Positions 40,121 through 50,731 of a stretch of 64,000 nt of DNA are shown here, piece after piece. The notes beneath the pieces were generated by a model, which saw nothing but the letters and a program-made list of their open reading frames with translations, did no database searches and was not told the DNA's origin. The stretch is from Alphaproteobacteria bacterium (GTDB taxonomy: Bacteria; Pseudomonadota; Alphaproteobacteria; MPNO01), in contig CBDFLJ010000001.1 of the NCBI GenBank assembly GCA_965248835.1, positions 1,248,001 to 1,312,000 of the forward strand. The letters are read 5' to 3'. A program made the translations under genes and the position numbers. Positions within the stretch are counted from its first letter, which is position 1. Every line of letters starts with the position of its first letter.

Positions 40121-41398
40121 CTACTCCGCAGCCTCGGCGGGCGGCCTTTCGCCGACCGCGCCGCTGTCCCAGATCCGCTCGACATCCTCGGCCTGGTAGC
40201 CGAGCACCTCGCGGAGGACCTCCGCGGTGTGCTCGCCGAGCAGCGGCGAGCGGGTCACGACCGCGGGCGAGGCCGACAGCTTGACCGGACAACCGACCGA
40301 TATGTAGGGGCCGCGCTCGGGGTGATCGACCTCGACGATGGTGCCGGTCTCGCGCAGGCTCGGCTCCTCGGCGATCTCCTTCATCGACAGGATCGGGCCG
40401 ACCGGGATATCGAGCCGGTTGCAGATCTCCATGACCTCGAACTTGGTCTTGGTCTTGGTCCAGTCCTCGATCGTATCGAAGACCTCGTTGAGCTGCGGCA
40501 GCCGCGCCTTCGGCGTGGCGTAGTCGGGGTGCTCCTTCCACGCCGGCTTGCCGATCAGGTCGCAGATCTTCTCCCAGACCGCCGCCTGGGTAATGAAATA
40601 GGTGTAGGCGTCGTCGTCTTCCTCCCAGCCCTTGCACTTGAGGATGCGGCCGGGCTGGCCGCCGCCGGAATCGTTGGCCGCCCGCGGGGTCGCATCCTTG
40701 AAGGGGATGCCCTGGCCGTATTGCGAATATTCGGTCAGCGGGCCCACCTCCAGCCGCTGCTGGTCGCGCAGCTTGACCCGGCAAAGGTTGATCACCCCGT
40801 CCTGCATCGCGGCCTGGACCCGCTGTCCCTTGCCTGACCGCTCGCGGTGGAACAGCGCGGTGACGATCCCCAGCGCGAGATTCAGCCCGGTGCCGCTGTC
40901 GCCGATCTGGGCGCCGGTGACCATCGGCACGTTGTCGAGGAAGCCGGTCGTCGATGCCGCCCCGCCGGCGCACTGGGCGACGTTCTCGTAGACCTTGCAG
41001 TCCGCGTACGGTCCGGGTCCGAAGCCCTTGACCGAGGCCATGATCATGCGCGGGTTGAGCTTCTGCACCTGCTCCCAGCCGAAGCCCATGCGCTCCATCG
41101 CGCCCGGGGCGAAGTTCTCCACCATCACGTCGCATTGCCTGATCAGGCGCGTCAGCACCTCCTTGCCCGTCTCGTTCTTGGTGTTCAGCGTGATCGAGCG
41201 CTTGTTGTGGTTCAGCATGGTGAAGTACAGGCTGTCGACGCCTTGGATGTCGACAAGCTGGCCGCGCGTCGGATCGCCTGAGCCCGGTCGTTCGACCTTG
41301 ATCACGTCGGCGCCGAACCAGGCCAGCAATTGCGTGCAGGTCGGTCCGGACTGGACGTGGGTGAAGTCGAGAATCCTGATACCCTTGAGTGCTTCCAT
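40121..41398 (-). CDS. frc: Formyl-CoA transferase (class III CoA-transferase)
   Basis: [31 protein letters not shown] and NDSGGGQPG tetraglycine-type loop. Confidence 0.92.
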   Translation of the reverse strand: MEALKGIRILDFTHVQSGPTCTQLLAWFGADVIKVERPGSGDPTRGQLVDIQGVDSLYFTMLNHNKRSITLNTKNETGKEVLTRLIRQCDVMVENFAPGAMERMGFGWEQVQKLNPRMIMASVKGFGPGPYADCKVYENVAQCAGGAASTTGFLDNVPMVTGAQIGDSGTGLNLALGIVTALFHRERSGKGQRVQAAMQDGVINLCRVKLRDQQRLEVGPLTEYSQYGQGIPFKDATPRAANDSGGGQPGRILKCKGWEEDDDAYTYFITQAAVWEKICDLIGKPAWKEHPDYATPKARLPQLNEVFDTIEDWTKTKTKFEVMEICNRLDIPVGPILSMKEIAEEPSLRETGTIVEVDHPERGPYISVGCPVKLSASPAVVTRSPLLGEHTAEVLREVLGYQAEDVERIWDSGAVGERPPAEAAE

Positions 41399-41418
41399 CT
41401 ACCGGATCTCCCGAGCGC

Positions 41419-43170
41419 TTACTTGTACATGGTCTGGGCTTTGGTCCCCGGCGCGTACTCGTTGGGGTCCACCCAGACGTTGAGGACGGCGCATTTGCCG
41501 GTCTTGGCGATCGCCTCGCGCGCGCGGCGCAGCGCCGGGCCGATCTCGGCGGCCTCGCGGACCTCCTCGCCGTAGCCGCCGATCATCTTGCCGAACATCG
41601 AGAACGCGACGTCGCCGAGCTTGTTGCCCACGCTGCCGCGCTGGGCGCCGTACTTGGCGATCTGGCCGTAGCGGATCTGGTTCATCGCCGAGTTGTTGCC
41701 GATCACGGCGAGGTAGGGCGCGCCGAACCGCTGGGCCGTTTCCATGTCGAAGGCGGTCATGCCGAACGAGCCGTCGCCATACAGGCACATGACCTCCTTT
41801 TCGGGATGGGCGAGCTTGGCCGCCATGGCGAACCCGGTGCCGACGCCGAGCGATCCGAGCGCGCCGGGGTCCATCCACTGGCCGGGCTTGCGCGGCCGGA
41901 CCGCCTGGGCCGAGATCGTCACGATGTCGCCGCCGTCGCCGATATAGATCGTGTCCTCGCCGAGGAACGCGTTGATCTCATAGGCCAGGCGGTAAGGATG
42001 GATCGGGTTGTCGTCGCTCTTGAACATCGGCATGAGCTTGTCGAGCTTCGCCGCTTCGATCCGGCGCAGCGCGTCCATCCACGCGCGCCGCTGCTTGCGT
42101 GCGCCCTTGTCGATCCGCCCCGATGCCGCCTGCGCCACCGCTGCCAGGATCGCGCCCGGATCGCCGGCCAGCCCGAGCGCGATGTCCCGGTTCTTGCCGA
42201 CGGTGGCATAGCTCTGGTCGATCTGCACCAGGGTGGCCGCCTTGGAGATCCGCCGTCCGTAGCCCATCCGGAAGTCGAACGGCGTGCCGACGATCAGGAT
42301 GACGTCGGCGTCCTTGAAGGCATCCGACCGGGTCCGGTCGAAATGGTGCGGATCACCTTCCGGCAGCATGCCGCGGGAGGCGCCGTTCATGTAGGCCGGG
42401 ATGTCGAGCGCGCGCACGAATTCGATCGCCGATTCGTGGCCGCCGCTCGCCCAGACCTGCTGGCCGAACAGCACTGCCGGCCGCTCCGAGGCGACAAGGA
42501 TGTCGGCCAGCCGCTCGATATCGGCCGGATCGCCGATCGACCGGGTCGAGGCGCGGTAGCTTCCGGGTTCGGGGATCCGCGCACGCTCCAGCGGGATCTC
42601 CGCATCGAGGACGTCGCGGGGGATCTCCAGATAGGCCGGGCCGTAGGCGCCGTTGAAGCATTCCCGGGCGGCCATCGAGACCATGTCGGCGACCCGCTCG
42701 GTCGAGAAGACGCCCGAGGCGAACTTGGTGATCGGCGTCATCATGTCGACATGGGGCAGGTCCTGCAGCGATCCCTGCTTGTGCTGGGCGAGCGAGCTCT
42801 GCCCGCCGATATGCAGGATCGGGCTTTCCGAGCGGAACGCGGTGGCGATGCCGGTCACCGCATTGGTGCAGCCGGGCCCCGCCGTGGTGACGACGCAGCC
42901 GAGCTTGCCGGTCTGGCGCGCATAGCCGTCGGCGGCGTGCGCGGCGGTCTGCTCGTGGCGGACGTCGACGATGCGGATGCCCTCGTCGATGCAGCCGTCG
43001 TAGATGTCGATGATGTGACCGCCGCACAGGGTGAAGATCGTATCCACCCCCTCGTTCCTGAGCGCCTTGGCGACAAGATGGCCGCCGGAGATGACATCCG
43101 CATCCCGGCTCTTCTGCGCCAACGTGTCATGTGCGGTCGACGAGGTCCTGTCTTGTTCCTTCACGCTCAC
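41419..43170 (-). CDS. ThDP-dependent enzyme of the oxalyl-CoA decarboxylase/2-hydroxyacyl-CoA lyase group
   Basis: VRHEQ, AGPG, DPGALGSLGVG and GDGSFG...NN; co-oriented directly upstream of frc. Confidence 0.8.
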   Translation of the reverse strand: MSVKEQDRTSSTAHDTLAQKSRDADVISGGHLVAKALRNEGVDTIFTLCGGHIIDIYDGCIDEGIRIVDVRHEQTAAHAADGYARQTGKLGCVVTTAGPGCTNAVTGIATAFRSESPILHIGGQSSLAQHKQGSLQDLPHVDMMTPITKFASGVFSTERVADMVSMAARECFNGAYGPAYLEIPRDVLDAEIPLERARIPEPGSYRASTRSIGDPADIERLADILVASERPAVLFGQQVWASGGHESAIEFVRALDIPAYMNGASRGMLPEGDPHHFDRTRSDAFKDADVILIVGTPFDFRMGYGRRISKAATLVQIDQSYATVGKNRDIALGLAGDPGAILAAVAQAASGRIDKGARKQRRAWMDALRRIEAAKLDKLMPMFKSDDNPIHPYRLAYEINAFLGEDTIYIGDGGDIVTISAQAVRPRKPGQWMDPGALGSLGVGTGFAMAAKLAHPEKEVMCLYGDGSFGMTAFDMETAQRFGAPYLAVIGNNSAMNQIRYGQIAKYGAQRGSVGNKLGDVAFSMFGKMIGGYGEEVREAAEIGPALRRAREAIAKTGKCAVLNVWVDPNEYAPGTKAQTMYK

Positions 43171-43173
43171 TTT

Positions 43174-43938
43174 CTATCTCCCGCCCTGTCCGATCGGGAT
43201 CCCGGTCTGGGAGCCCGATGGTTCCGAAAAATCGTCCCAGCTCTGCCGGACATGCTCGTAAAGCCCCATCGTGTGCTCGCGCACCTGCGCGGCCGCGAGA
43301 TCCGCATCCCGCATCGCGATCGCCTCGATGATGCGCCCGTGGTCGAGGACCGACCGGCCGGCGCGGTCGGACTCGCGCATCGCCCGGCTGCGGACGGCGC
43401 GGACATGGACGAACAGCCCGTCGGCGATGTCCTTCAGCATGGCGCATCCGCCGAGCTCGAGGATGCCCTGGTGAAACCTGATGTTGGTCTCGGCGTACTC
43501 GTCGACGCGGGTCCTGGCCTCGTCGGTCTCGAACGCTGCGGCGAGGCGCCGCAGCGAGCGGATCTGCGCATCGCTCGCCCGTTCGGCCGCAAGCCGCGCC
43601 GCCATGCTCTCCAGCGCGGCCCAGACCGTGATCATCTCCAGGATCTCCTCGCGGGTCTTGCGGATGATGAACACGCCTCTGCGCGGCACGATCTCGACCA
43701 GCCCCTCCTGGGCGAGCCGCGCGACCGCTTCCCTGACGGGCGTGCGCGAGATGCCGAGCTGATCGGCCAGCGTTCGCTCGTCGAGGCGGAGATCGGTCGC
43801 CTCGTCGTAGATCCGCGCCGCCAGGATCGCCCGGCGCAGCTCGGCGTAGACGTGATCCTTCAGGCTGAAGCTCTGCGCGACCGGCTCCAGTGTCACCGCG
43901 TTCGAGACGGCCTCGCCGGCATCGGCGGTCGCAACCAT
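43174..43938 (-). CDS. GntR (FCD) family transcriptional regulator
   Basis: LGISRTPVREA wHTH; FCD His motifs NIRFH and DH. Confidence 0.92.
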   Translation of the reverse strand: MVATADAGEAVSNAVTLEPVAQSFSLKDHVYAELRRAILAARIYDEATDLRLDERTLADQLGISRTPVREAVARLAQEGLVEIVPRRGVFIIRKTREEILEMITVWAALESMAARLAAERASDAQIRSLRRLAAAFETDEARTRVDEYAETNIRFHQGILELGGCAMLKDIADGLFVHVRAVRSRAMRESDRAGRSVLDHGRIIEAIAMRDADLAAAQVREHTMGLYEHVRQSWDDFSEPSGSQTGIPIGQGGR

Positions 43939-43973
43939 TCAGCCCACCCGTTCCGCGGCATGGTAATCCCTAC

Positions 43974-43999
43974 TGGGATCTGGTATACCACATGCCAGG
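43974..43999. promoter_or_regulatory. Putative GntR/FadR-type operator
   Basis: Perfect palindrome TGGTATACCA (43981-43990) just upstream of the gntR-ThDP-frc operon. Confidence 0.6.
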
Positions 44000-44076
44000 G
44001 AGTGTGCAACCCTTTTCGGTCGTCTCGGCCGGTCGAGACGACCGCAGGTCCGGGCGGTCGGAAATCGGCTTGGCGG

Positions 44077-44478
44077 CTACTTCAGCTCCTCGCCGGCGAT
44101 GGCGCCCTCGAGGAACTTGTTGGGCTTGAGGAACATGCTTAGCACCAGCGCACCGTTGGGCGCGGTCGCGTAGTGGCGGTTGCCGGCCGGCCGCCAGACA
44201 TAGTTGCCCGCGGTCACCTCGCCCTCGTCGTCGCGGATGCTGCCTTCGAGGACGAAGGTCTGCTCGAGATCGATATGCTCGTGCATCGGCAGGACCGCGC
44301 CCGGCGCCCACTTGAACAGCGCGGTCAGCAGGCCGGTCTCGGGGTCCTCGACCAGGACCTTCATCTCCACGCCCTCGCACTGGGTCGGCTTCCACGGGAT
44401 GTCCTCGACATCGACATAGCGCGAATCCAGCGGGCCGAGCGCGGCCTCTTGCTTGAGCAGCGGCGTCGAAGCGGCCAT
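44077..44478 (-). CDS. Cupin (ChrR-like/cupin_7) protein
   Basis: HEHIDLEQTFVLEG and WRPAGNRH. Confidence 0.85.
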   Translation of the reverse strand: MAASTPLLKQEAALGPLDSRYVDVEDIPWKPTQCEGVEMKVLVEDPETGLLTALFKWAPGAVLPMHEHIDLEQTFVLEGSIRDDEGEVTAGNYVWRPAGNRHYATAPNGALVLSMFLKPNKFLEGAIAGEELK

Positions 44479-44630
44479 GGCCTACCTCCTCGTTGGATGG
44501 GCAGCCACTGTATCGGCGCGTGCGGCGGCTCACAAGCGCGTGTCCCCGCCTGTCCGGGACATCGCCGCGCCATTGCCGGGGCCGCGTGATAGAATGCCAG
44601 CGGGGCGGTCGGCAGCGGAAAGCGAGCGCG

Positions 44631-46706
44631 ATGACATCGTGGATGGTGGGGATCGATACCGGCGGGACGTTCACCGATCTGATCGCGTTCAACGCCGAGA
44701 CCGGCGAGCGCCGCGCGGCCAAGGTCCCTTCGGTCCCCGAGGATCCGTCCACGGCGGTGATCGATGCGCTGGGCGAGATGTTCGAGTCCGGAATCGCGCC
44801 GGGCGAGGTCGGTTTCCTGGTCCATGGCACCACGGTGGGCACCAACACGCTGATCGAGGAGACCGGCGCGCGGGCCGGGCTATTGATCACCGAGGGCTTC
44901 CGGGCGGTCTATGAGGCGCGCGGCTGGTCGCAGCCCGACCCCGACGATCTGCTGGACCCGTTCTACCGCAAGCCGACGCTGCTGGTGCCGCAGTCCCGCA
45001 CCGCCGAGGTGACCGAGCGGCTCGACTACGAGGGCAAGGTGCTCGCCCCGTTGGACGAGGCGAGCGTCCGCGCCGCGGTCGCAGCCTTGCAGAAACAGCG
45101 CATCGACTCGCTCGCGGTCTGCTTCCTGTTCAGCTTCGCAAACCCCGCGCACGAGCGCCGGGTGGCCGAGATCGTCGCCGAGGAGGCGCCGTGTTGGCGG
45201 GTCTCGCTGTCCTCGGACGTCCTGCCGACGATCCGCGAATACCCGCGCCTGTCGACCACCGCGATCGATGCCTATGTCGGTCCGATGGTCCAGACCTATC
45301 TGCTGAGGCTCGGCGAGCGGATCGCGGCCGCCGGCATCGACACCCCACAGCTCTTCCTGATGCAGTCCCATGGCGGGCTGATGCGGGTCAATCTCGGCGC
45401 CCGCTTCCCCAACCAGACCCTGCTGTCCGGGCCCGCCGCGGGCGTCGTCTCCGGGCGTGCGCTCGGTGCGCTGGTCGGGCGTGACAACGTCGTGACCTTC
45501 GACATGGGCGGGACCAGCACCGACATCAGCGTCATCGCCGACGGCCGGATCGAGGAGACCGACTCCGGCCGGATCGCCGGCCAGGACATCGGCACGCCGA
45601 TGCTCTCGGTCGCGACCCTGGGCGCGGGCGGCGGCACGATCGCCCATATCGGCCGGGACGGGCTGATGAAGGTCGGCCCGCGCAGCGCCGGCGCCCAGCC
45701 CGGACCGGCTTGCTACGGCCGCGGCGGCGAGGATCCGACGGTCACCGACGCGAACCTGATCCTGGGTGCGCTCGGCACCGGCAGCACGCTGGGCGGACGC
45801 ATGAGCATGGACCCCGCGCTCGCCCGCGCCGCAATCGCGGCCAGGCTCGCCGAGCCGCTGGGGCTGGATGTCGTCCAGGCCGCATCCGGCATCATCCGGA
45901 TCGTCAACTCCAACATGGCCGTCGATCTCAGGCTCGCCTTCCAGCGCCGCGGCGCCGATCCGCGCAACTTCTCGCTGATCGCCTTCGGCGGCGCCGGCCC
46001 GCTGCACGCCGCAGCGCTTGCCCGCGACCTCGGCATCCCGAGCGTCATCGTCCCGCCGGCGCCCGGGCTCAACAGCGCGCTGGGACTGCTCCAGACCGAC
46101 GTCCGGCACATCTATGTCAAGTCGTCCGTCGGCCTGCTGGGCGGCTTCCCGGTCGGGCGCATGGAAGCCGCGTTCGGCGAGCTCGAGGAACGCGCGCTCG
46201 CCGATGCGCGGGAAGAGGGCTTCGCTGCCGAGCACGTCCGGCTGCGCCGCCAGATCGACATGCGCTACCTGCACCAGGGCTACCAGCTCGCCGTCGATTG
46301 CCTCGGCCGGCCGGTGGCCGAGGACGAGAAGACGGCGTTGAAGGAGCGCTTCGATGCGCTGCACCAGCAGGTCTACGGCGCGTCTGCGCCCGAGGAGGAC
46401 GCCGAGGTGGTCACCTTCCGTGCGATCGCCGAGATCACGGTCCCCAAGCTGGTGCTGCCCGAGATCGCGGCCGCGGACGGCGATGCCGACACCGCGCTGA
46501 CCGACGAGCGTGAGCTCTACGACCTGGACTCCGGCCGCTTCGTGCCGGTGCGCATCTACGACCGCGCGCGCTTGCGCGCCGGCCACCGGATCGCCGGCGC
46601 GGCGGTGATCGAGCAGTTCGATTCCACCACGCTCGTGCTGCCCGGCCAGGCCGCGACGGTCGAGGCCCACGGGAACCTGATCATCGATACCGGAGAAAGT
46701 CCATGA
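44631..46706 (+). CDS. Hydantoinase/oxoprolinase alpha subunit (HyuA-like, ATP-binding)
   Basis: IDTGGTFTD, HGTT, SGPAAG, DMGGTSTD and FGGAGPLH. Confidence 0.92.
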   Translation: MTSWMVGIDTGGTFTDLIAFNAETGERRAAKVPSVPEDPSTAVIDALGEMFESGIAPGEVGFLVHGTTVGTNTLIEETGARAGLLITEGFRAVYEARGWSQPDPDDLLDPFYRKPTLLVPQSRTAEVTERLDYEGKVLAPLDEASVRAAVAALQKQRIDSLAVCFLFSFANPAHERRVAEIVAEEAPCWRVSLSSDVLPTIREYPRLSTTAIDAYVGPMVQTYLLRLGERIAAAGIDTPQLFLMQSHGGLMRVNLGARFPNQTLLSGPAAGVVSGRALGALVGRDNVVTFDMGGTSTDISVIADGRIEETDSGRIAGQDIGTPMLSVATLGAGGGTIAHIGRDGLMKVGPRSAGAQPGPACYGRGGEDPTVTDANLILGALGTGSTLGGRMSMDPALARAAIAARLAEPLGLDVVQAASGIIRIVNSNMAVDLRLAFQRRGADPRNFSLIAFGGAGPLHAAALARDLGIPSVIVPPAPGLNSALGLLQTDVRHIYVKSSVGLLGGFPVGRMEAAFGELEERALADAREEGFAAEHVRLRRQIDMRYLHQGYQLAVDCLGRPVAEDEKTALKERFDALHQQVYGASAPEEDAEVVTFRAIAEITVPKLVLPEIAAADGDADTALTDERELYDLDSGRFVPVRIYDRARLRAGHRIAGAAVIEQFDSTTLVLPGQAATVEAHGNLIIDTGESP

Positions 46707-48421
46707 GCCTCGATCCGATCACCGCCGAGGTCGTGCTCAGCCGGCTGCGCGAGACCACCGAGGCGATGGCGCACGCGCTGTTCCACAGCGGCTATTCGCC
46801 GATCCTGCGCGAATCCCAGGACGGCACCGCCGGGCTCACCGACGGCAGCGGGCGGGTGATCATGGTCGGCGGCGGGCTGCAATACCATTCGCTGCTGTAC
46901 AGCAAGTCGATCGGCAGCATTTTCGAACGCTACCCCGCCGAATCGATGCGCGAGGGCGACACCTTCATCTGCAACGACCCCTACAAGGCCGGCAACAGCC
47001 ATGTCCCCGATATCGTCGTGGCGACGCCGGCCTTCCATGACGGCAATATCGTCGCCTTCGGCGTCAGCGTCGCCCACAAGGCCGATGTCGGCGGGCTGGT
47101 GCCGGGTTCCTCGGGCGCGGCGGCGCGCGAGATCTTCCACGACGGGCTGTTGCTGCCGCCGGTCCGGATGTGGACCGCAGACGGCGTCAACCCGGAGGTC
47201 GAGGCGATCATCCGCAACAACAGTCGGGCGCCGGAGATGGTCATCGGCGACCTGCGCGGCCAGGCCGGCGCGACTCGGCTCGGTGCGGCGCGCGCGGTCG
47301 CGCTGTGCGAGACCTTTGGCGTGGAGATTTTCACCGAGACCATGGCGACGCTGATCGAGCGCACCGCCGCGCGGGTGCGCGCCGAGGTCGCCGCCTGGCC
47401 CGACGGCAGCGCCGAGGCGGAAGGCTTCCTCGACCACGACGGCGTCGACACCTCGCGCCGGGTCCGCATCCATGTCCACGCGACCAAGACCGGCGCCCGG
47501 CTCCGGCTCGATTTCAGCCAAACCGATCCGCAGGCCTACAGCCCGGTCAACCTGCCCCAGCCGACCGCCCAGGCGGTCTCGATGCAGGCGGTGATCGCAG
47601 CGTCCGATCCGACCATCCCGATGAACTCGGGCGCCTTCGATGCGGTCGACTTCGCCATCCCGCCGGGCCGGCTGATCAGCCCGCAGTTCCCGGCCTCGGT
47701 CAACCACTACTTCCCGACGGCGCACCTGACCTACAATGTGGTCCTGGCCGCGCTGGGCAAGCTCAACCCGGCCCGCGCCGTTGCGCCCTCGGGGCTCGGC
47801 AGCGGGGCGATCGCGGTGGGCTACCCCATGGGGCGCGCCGGCAAGCCGACCGTCCAGTACGAGATCCTGATCACCTCGCTCGGCGGAACCAGCCAGGGCG
47901 ACGGCGCTTCGGTGGTGCTGGCGATGAACCATTTCGCCCCCGGAACGCCGGTCGAGATCATCGAGACCGAGTACCCCGTCCGGGTCAAGAAGTTCGACAT
48001 GTGGCAGGACAGCGCCGGCGCCGGCAAGCAGCGCGGCGGGATCGGCTTCGACCGGGAATACGAGTTCCTGACCGCGTGCACGCTGACGGTTCGCTCGTCC
48101 AACCAGAAGGAGGCCGCCTGGGGGCTGTTCGGCGGCGGCAGCCCACCGCCGTCCAAGACCTCGATCACCCTGCCCGACGGCGCGCGCGAGGATATGGGCG
48201 TGCTCGAGACCAGGGCGATCGAGCCCGGATCGGTGCTGCGCCTGGCGCGCAGCGGCGGCGGCGGATACGGCGACCCGCACGACCGGCCGGCCGAGCGCGT
48301 GCACGCCGACGTCGCCGACGGCTATGTCTCGCGCGCCGCCGCGGCCAGGCTTTACGGCGTGGTCCTCGACGCGGACGGGGCGTTGGACGACGACGGCACC
48401 CGGCGTCTGCGAAACCGCTGA
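46703..48421 (+). CDS. Hydantoinase B/oxoprolinase beta subunit (HyuB-like)
   Basis: NDPY..HVPD, HKADVGG, DSAGAGKQRGG and GGGGYGDP; ATGA overlap with the alpha subunit. Confidence 0.92.
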   Translation: MSLDPITAEVVLSRLRETTEAMAHALFHSGYSPILRESQDGTAGLTDGSGRVIMVGGGLQYHSLLYSKSIGSIFERYPAESMREGDTFICNDPYKAGNSHVPDIVVATPAFHDGNIVAFGVSVAHKADVGGLVPGSSGAAAREIFHDGLLLPPVRMWTADGVNPEVEAIIRNNSRAPEMVIGDLRGQAGATRLGAARAVALCETFGVEIFTETMATLIERTAARVRAEVAAWPDGSAEAEGFLDHDGVDTSRRVRIHVHATKTGARLRLDFSQTDPQAYSPVNLPQPTAQAVSMQAVIAASDPTIPMNSGAFDAVDFAIPPGRLISPQFPASVNHYFPTAHLTYNVVLAALGKLNPARAVAPSGLGSGAIAVGYPMGRAGKPTVQYEILITSLGGTSQGDGASVVLAMNHFAPGTPVEIIETEYPVRVKKFDMWQDSAGAGKQRGGIGFDREYEFLTACTLTVRSSNQKEAAWGLFGGGSPPPSKTSITLPDGAREDMGVLETRAIEPGSVLRLARSGGGGYGDPHDRPAERVHADVADGYVSRAAAARLYGVVLDADGALDDDGTRRLRNR

Positions 48422-48440
48422 CCGACGCCCGGCGGACGGG

Positions 48441-49406
48441 TCAACGCGGCGCCAGCACCGCCCGCGCATGGGCGGCCGACTGCCGTGCGCCCTGGACCGC
48501 GCGGTCGATGCCGCCGAGCATGAACATGAACCCGTGGATGGTCGAATCGATCACCCGGTAGTGCGCCGCAACGCCCGCCGCCGCGAGCCGTTGGACGAAG
48601 GCCGCGTTGTCGTCGCGCCTCGGGTCGAACCCGGCGGTCATCAGCCAGGTCGGCGGCAGGATCGAGACGTCCGCCAGCCGCATCGGCGCGATCAGCGGGT
48701 TGTCCAGCTCCGCTATGTCGTTGAGGTAGTGGCCCATCGACCATTTCATCAGCCCGGCGGTCAGAAAATACCCCTCCGACAGCGTCCGCATGGACTCGGT
48801 CTGCGGGCCGCCGGCGGTGCCGGGATACCACAGGAGCTGGTAGGCGATCGGCGGTCCGCCGCGGGCGTGGGCGAGCTGGCAGACCGCGATCGCGAGCGTG
48901 CCGCCCGAGGAGTCGCCGCCGACCGCGATGCGGGCCGCATCAGCGCCCAACGCCGCGGCGTTCTCGGCCGCCCAGCAGGTCGCGGCGTAGCAGTCCTCGT
49001 GGGCCGCCGGGAACTTGTGCTCGGGCGCCCGGCGGTAGCCGACCGAAAGCATCATGCAGCCCGACTCCGCGGCCATCAGCCGGCACAAGCTGTCATGGGT
49101 GCCGAGGCTGCCGAAGACGTAGCCGCCGGCATGGAAGAAGACGATCAGCGGCAACCCGCCGGGCGGGGCCGGGCCTCCGGCGCGGTAGAGCCGGGCCTGG
49201 ATGCTCCCGCCATCGGGCCCGGGGATCGCGAAGTCCTCGATCGCGCCGACGGCGGGCTTGGGATCGAGGTCCCACTTGCCGACGAAGGCCTCGATATGGG
49301 TGCGCGCCTCATCGGGCGTCATGTCGGCGATCGGCCGGACGCTCGGGCCTTCGAGGTCGGCAAGCACGCGCGCGGTCTGGGGATCGAGCGTGCGCTCAGC
49401 TTTCAT
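48441..49406 (-). CDS. Alpha/beta hydrolase (HSL family esterase)
   Basis: FHAGGY, YRRAPEHKFP, GDSSGG, DPRRD and HGF. Confidence 0.88.
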   Translation of the reverse strand: MKAERTLDPQTARVLADLEGPSVRPIADMTPDEARTHIEAFVGKWDLDPKPAVGAIEDFAIPGPDGGSIQARLYRAGGPAPPGGLPLIVFFHAGGYVFGSLGTHDSLCRLMAAESGCMMLSVGYRRAPEHKFPAAHEDCYAATCWAAENAAALGADAARIAVGGDSSGGTLAIAVCQLAHARGGPPIAYQLLWYPGTAGGPQTESMRTLSEGYFLTAGLMKWSMGHYLNDIAELDNPLIAPMRLADVSILPPTWLMTAGFDPRRDDNAAFVQRLAAAGVAAHYRVIDSTIHGFMFMLGGIDRAVQGARQSAAHARAVLAPR

Positions 49407-49812
49407 CGCCGCCCTCCTTCGGCGCGAGGAACCCGCCGATCGTCTCCTCGGTGTGGAAATCCGGCTGCTCGTAATAGTGCGGCCCGTCATAGATCTCGAT
49501 CAGGATCGAGCGCTCGCGGGCCAGCGTCGGGCCGTGCGGGTTGTCCTTGGGGTTGGAATAGAACGCGCCCGGGCCCAGCACGATGTTCGAATCGGTGTAT
49601 TCGTACGCGCCGGAGATGCAGTACATGAACTGGTTGGACGCATGCGCGTGCCTTGTGGGGACGGCGCCGCCGGCCTCGAAGTCGAGGACGGCGATGCTGG
49701 CGCCGGTCTCCGGGTTCTTCCACAGGAAATACTGGCGGAAGCCGTAGTCGGGAAATTCCACCCATCCGTCCTCGTCGAGCCGGGTGGTGTCGATGACGAT
49801 CTCTTTGGTCAC
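49396..49812 (-). CDS. Cupin (ChrR-like/DAD-like) protein
   Basis: RHAHASNQFMYCISG and NPHGP; GTG start preceded by GGAGGGG. Confidence 0.8.
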   Translation of the reverse strand: MTKEIVIDTTRLDEDGWVEFPDYGFRQYFLWKNPETGASIAVLDFEAGGAVPTRHAHASNQFMYCISGAYEYTDSNIVLGPGAFYSNPKDNPHGPTLARERSILIEIYDGPHYYEQPDFHTEETIGGFLAPKEGGDES

Positions 49813-49892
49813 TTGCCCCTCCGCTGTCTGGTGCGGCGTCGGGATTGGCAACGCCCCGCCGCTTGGGGGATAGTCTCGCACGCGGAGGGATT

Positions 49893-50615
49893 ATGCCCGA
49901 AATCCTCGATGAGGCGGTTTGCGAAAACCTGCTGCGGGTCGGCGTCTCCACACTGACGACCTGCTTGTTCAAGCGCGGCTTCCGCAGCCGGCTGATCGCC
50001 GGCGCGCTGCCGATCAACGCCGATGCGGCCGCGATGGCCGGCCCCGCCTTCACGCTGCGCTTCATCCCCGCGCGCGAGGACATCGACACGATCCAGGCCT
50101 ATGCCGCGGACACCCATGTCCATCGCCGGGCGATGGAGGAATGCCCGACCGGCCATGTCCTGGTCATCGATGCCGGCGGCAGCACCGCCGCCGCCTCGGC
50201 CGGCGACATCATGATGGGCCGGCTGAAGGCGCGCGGCGCGGTCGGCGCGGTGACCGACGGCGGGTTTCGCGACACCGCGGACATCGCCGCGCTGGGCTTC
50301 CCGGTCTTCCATCGCGCGCCGGCGCCGCCGTCGAGCCCGATCGCGCTTCACCCCGCCGACCTGAACCTGCCGATCGGCTGCGGCGGTGTGGCGGTCTATC
50401 CGGGCGACATCGTCGTCGGCGACCGCGAAGGGGTGGTCGTCATCCCCGCCGGGCTGGCTGTTGAGGTTGCCGCCGAAGCCGTCGCGATGACCGAATACGA
50501 GGCCTTCGCAGCCGCGAAGGTCGCCGAGGGAAGGTCGATCTACGGGCTCTACCCGGCCGGCGAGGCCGCCCTCGCCGAATTCGCCCTGTGGCGCAAACCC
50601 GCCCGCAAGCCCTGA
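49893..50615 (+). CDS. RraA-like / HMG aldolase family protein (3' end supplied by the island)
   Basis: GPAFTLRFIPARED, GDIM, DGGFRD and PGDIVVGD.EGVVVIP. Confidence 0.88.
   Translation: MPEILDEAVCENLLRVGVSTLTTCLFKRGFRSRLIAGALPINADAAAMAGPAFTLRFIPAREDIDTIQAYAADTHVHRRAMEECPTGHVLVIDAGGSTAAASAGDIMMGRLKARGAVGAVTDGGFRDTADIAALGFPVFHRAPAPPSSPIALHPADLNLPIGCGGVAVYPGDIVVGDREGVVVIPAGLAVEVAAEAVAMTEYEAFAAAKVAEGRSIYGLYPAGEAALAEFALWRKPARKP
50575..50598 (+). repeat. 24-bp direct repeat (attL-like) CCGAATTCGCCCTGTGGCGCAAAC
   Basis: Exact copy at 61286-61309. Confidence 0.92.
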
Positions 50616-50731
50616 TCCGCCGCTCGGCCGCCTCAGCCGCACCCGCACCGCGGTGGACACCTTTCTGTTCTGCGTAGGCCGTTTGCGGCCGCCGTGCACG
50701 CGCCGACCAGCCGTCCGCTCGGCGGATAAAG

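Noticed and set aside
41389-44142. 917-aa plus-strand ORF
   Set aside because: Antisense shadow of the ThDP enzyme and GntR genes; no motifs, typical high-GC artefact
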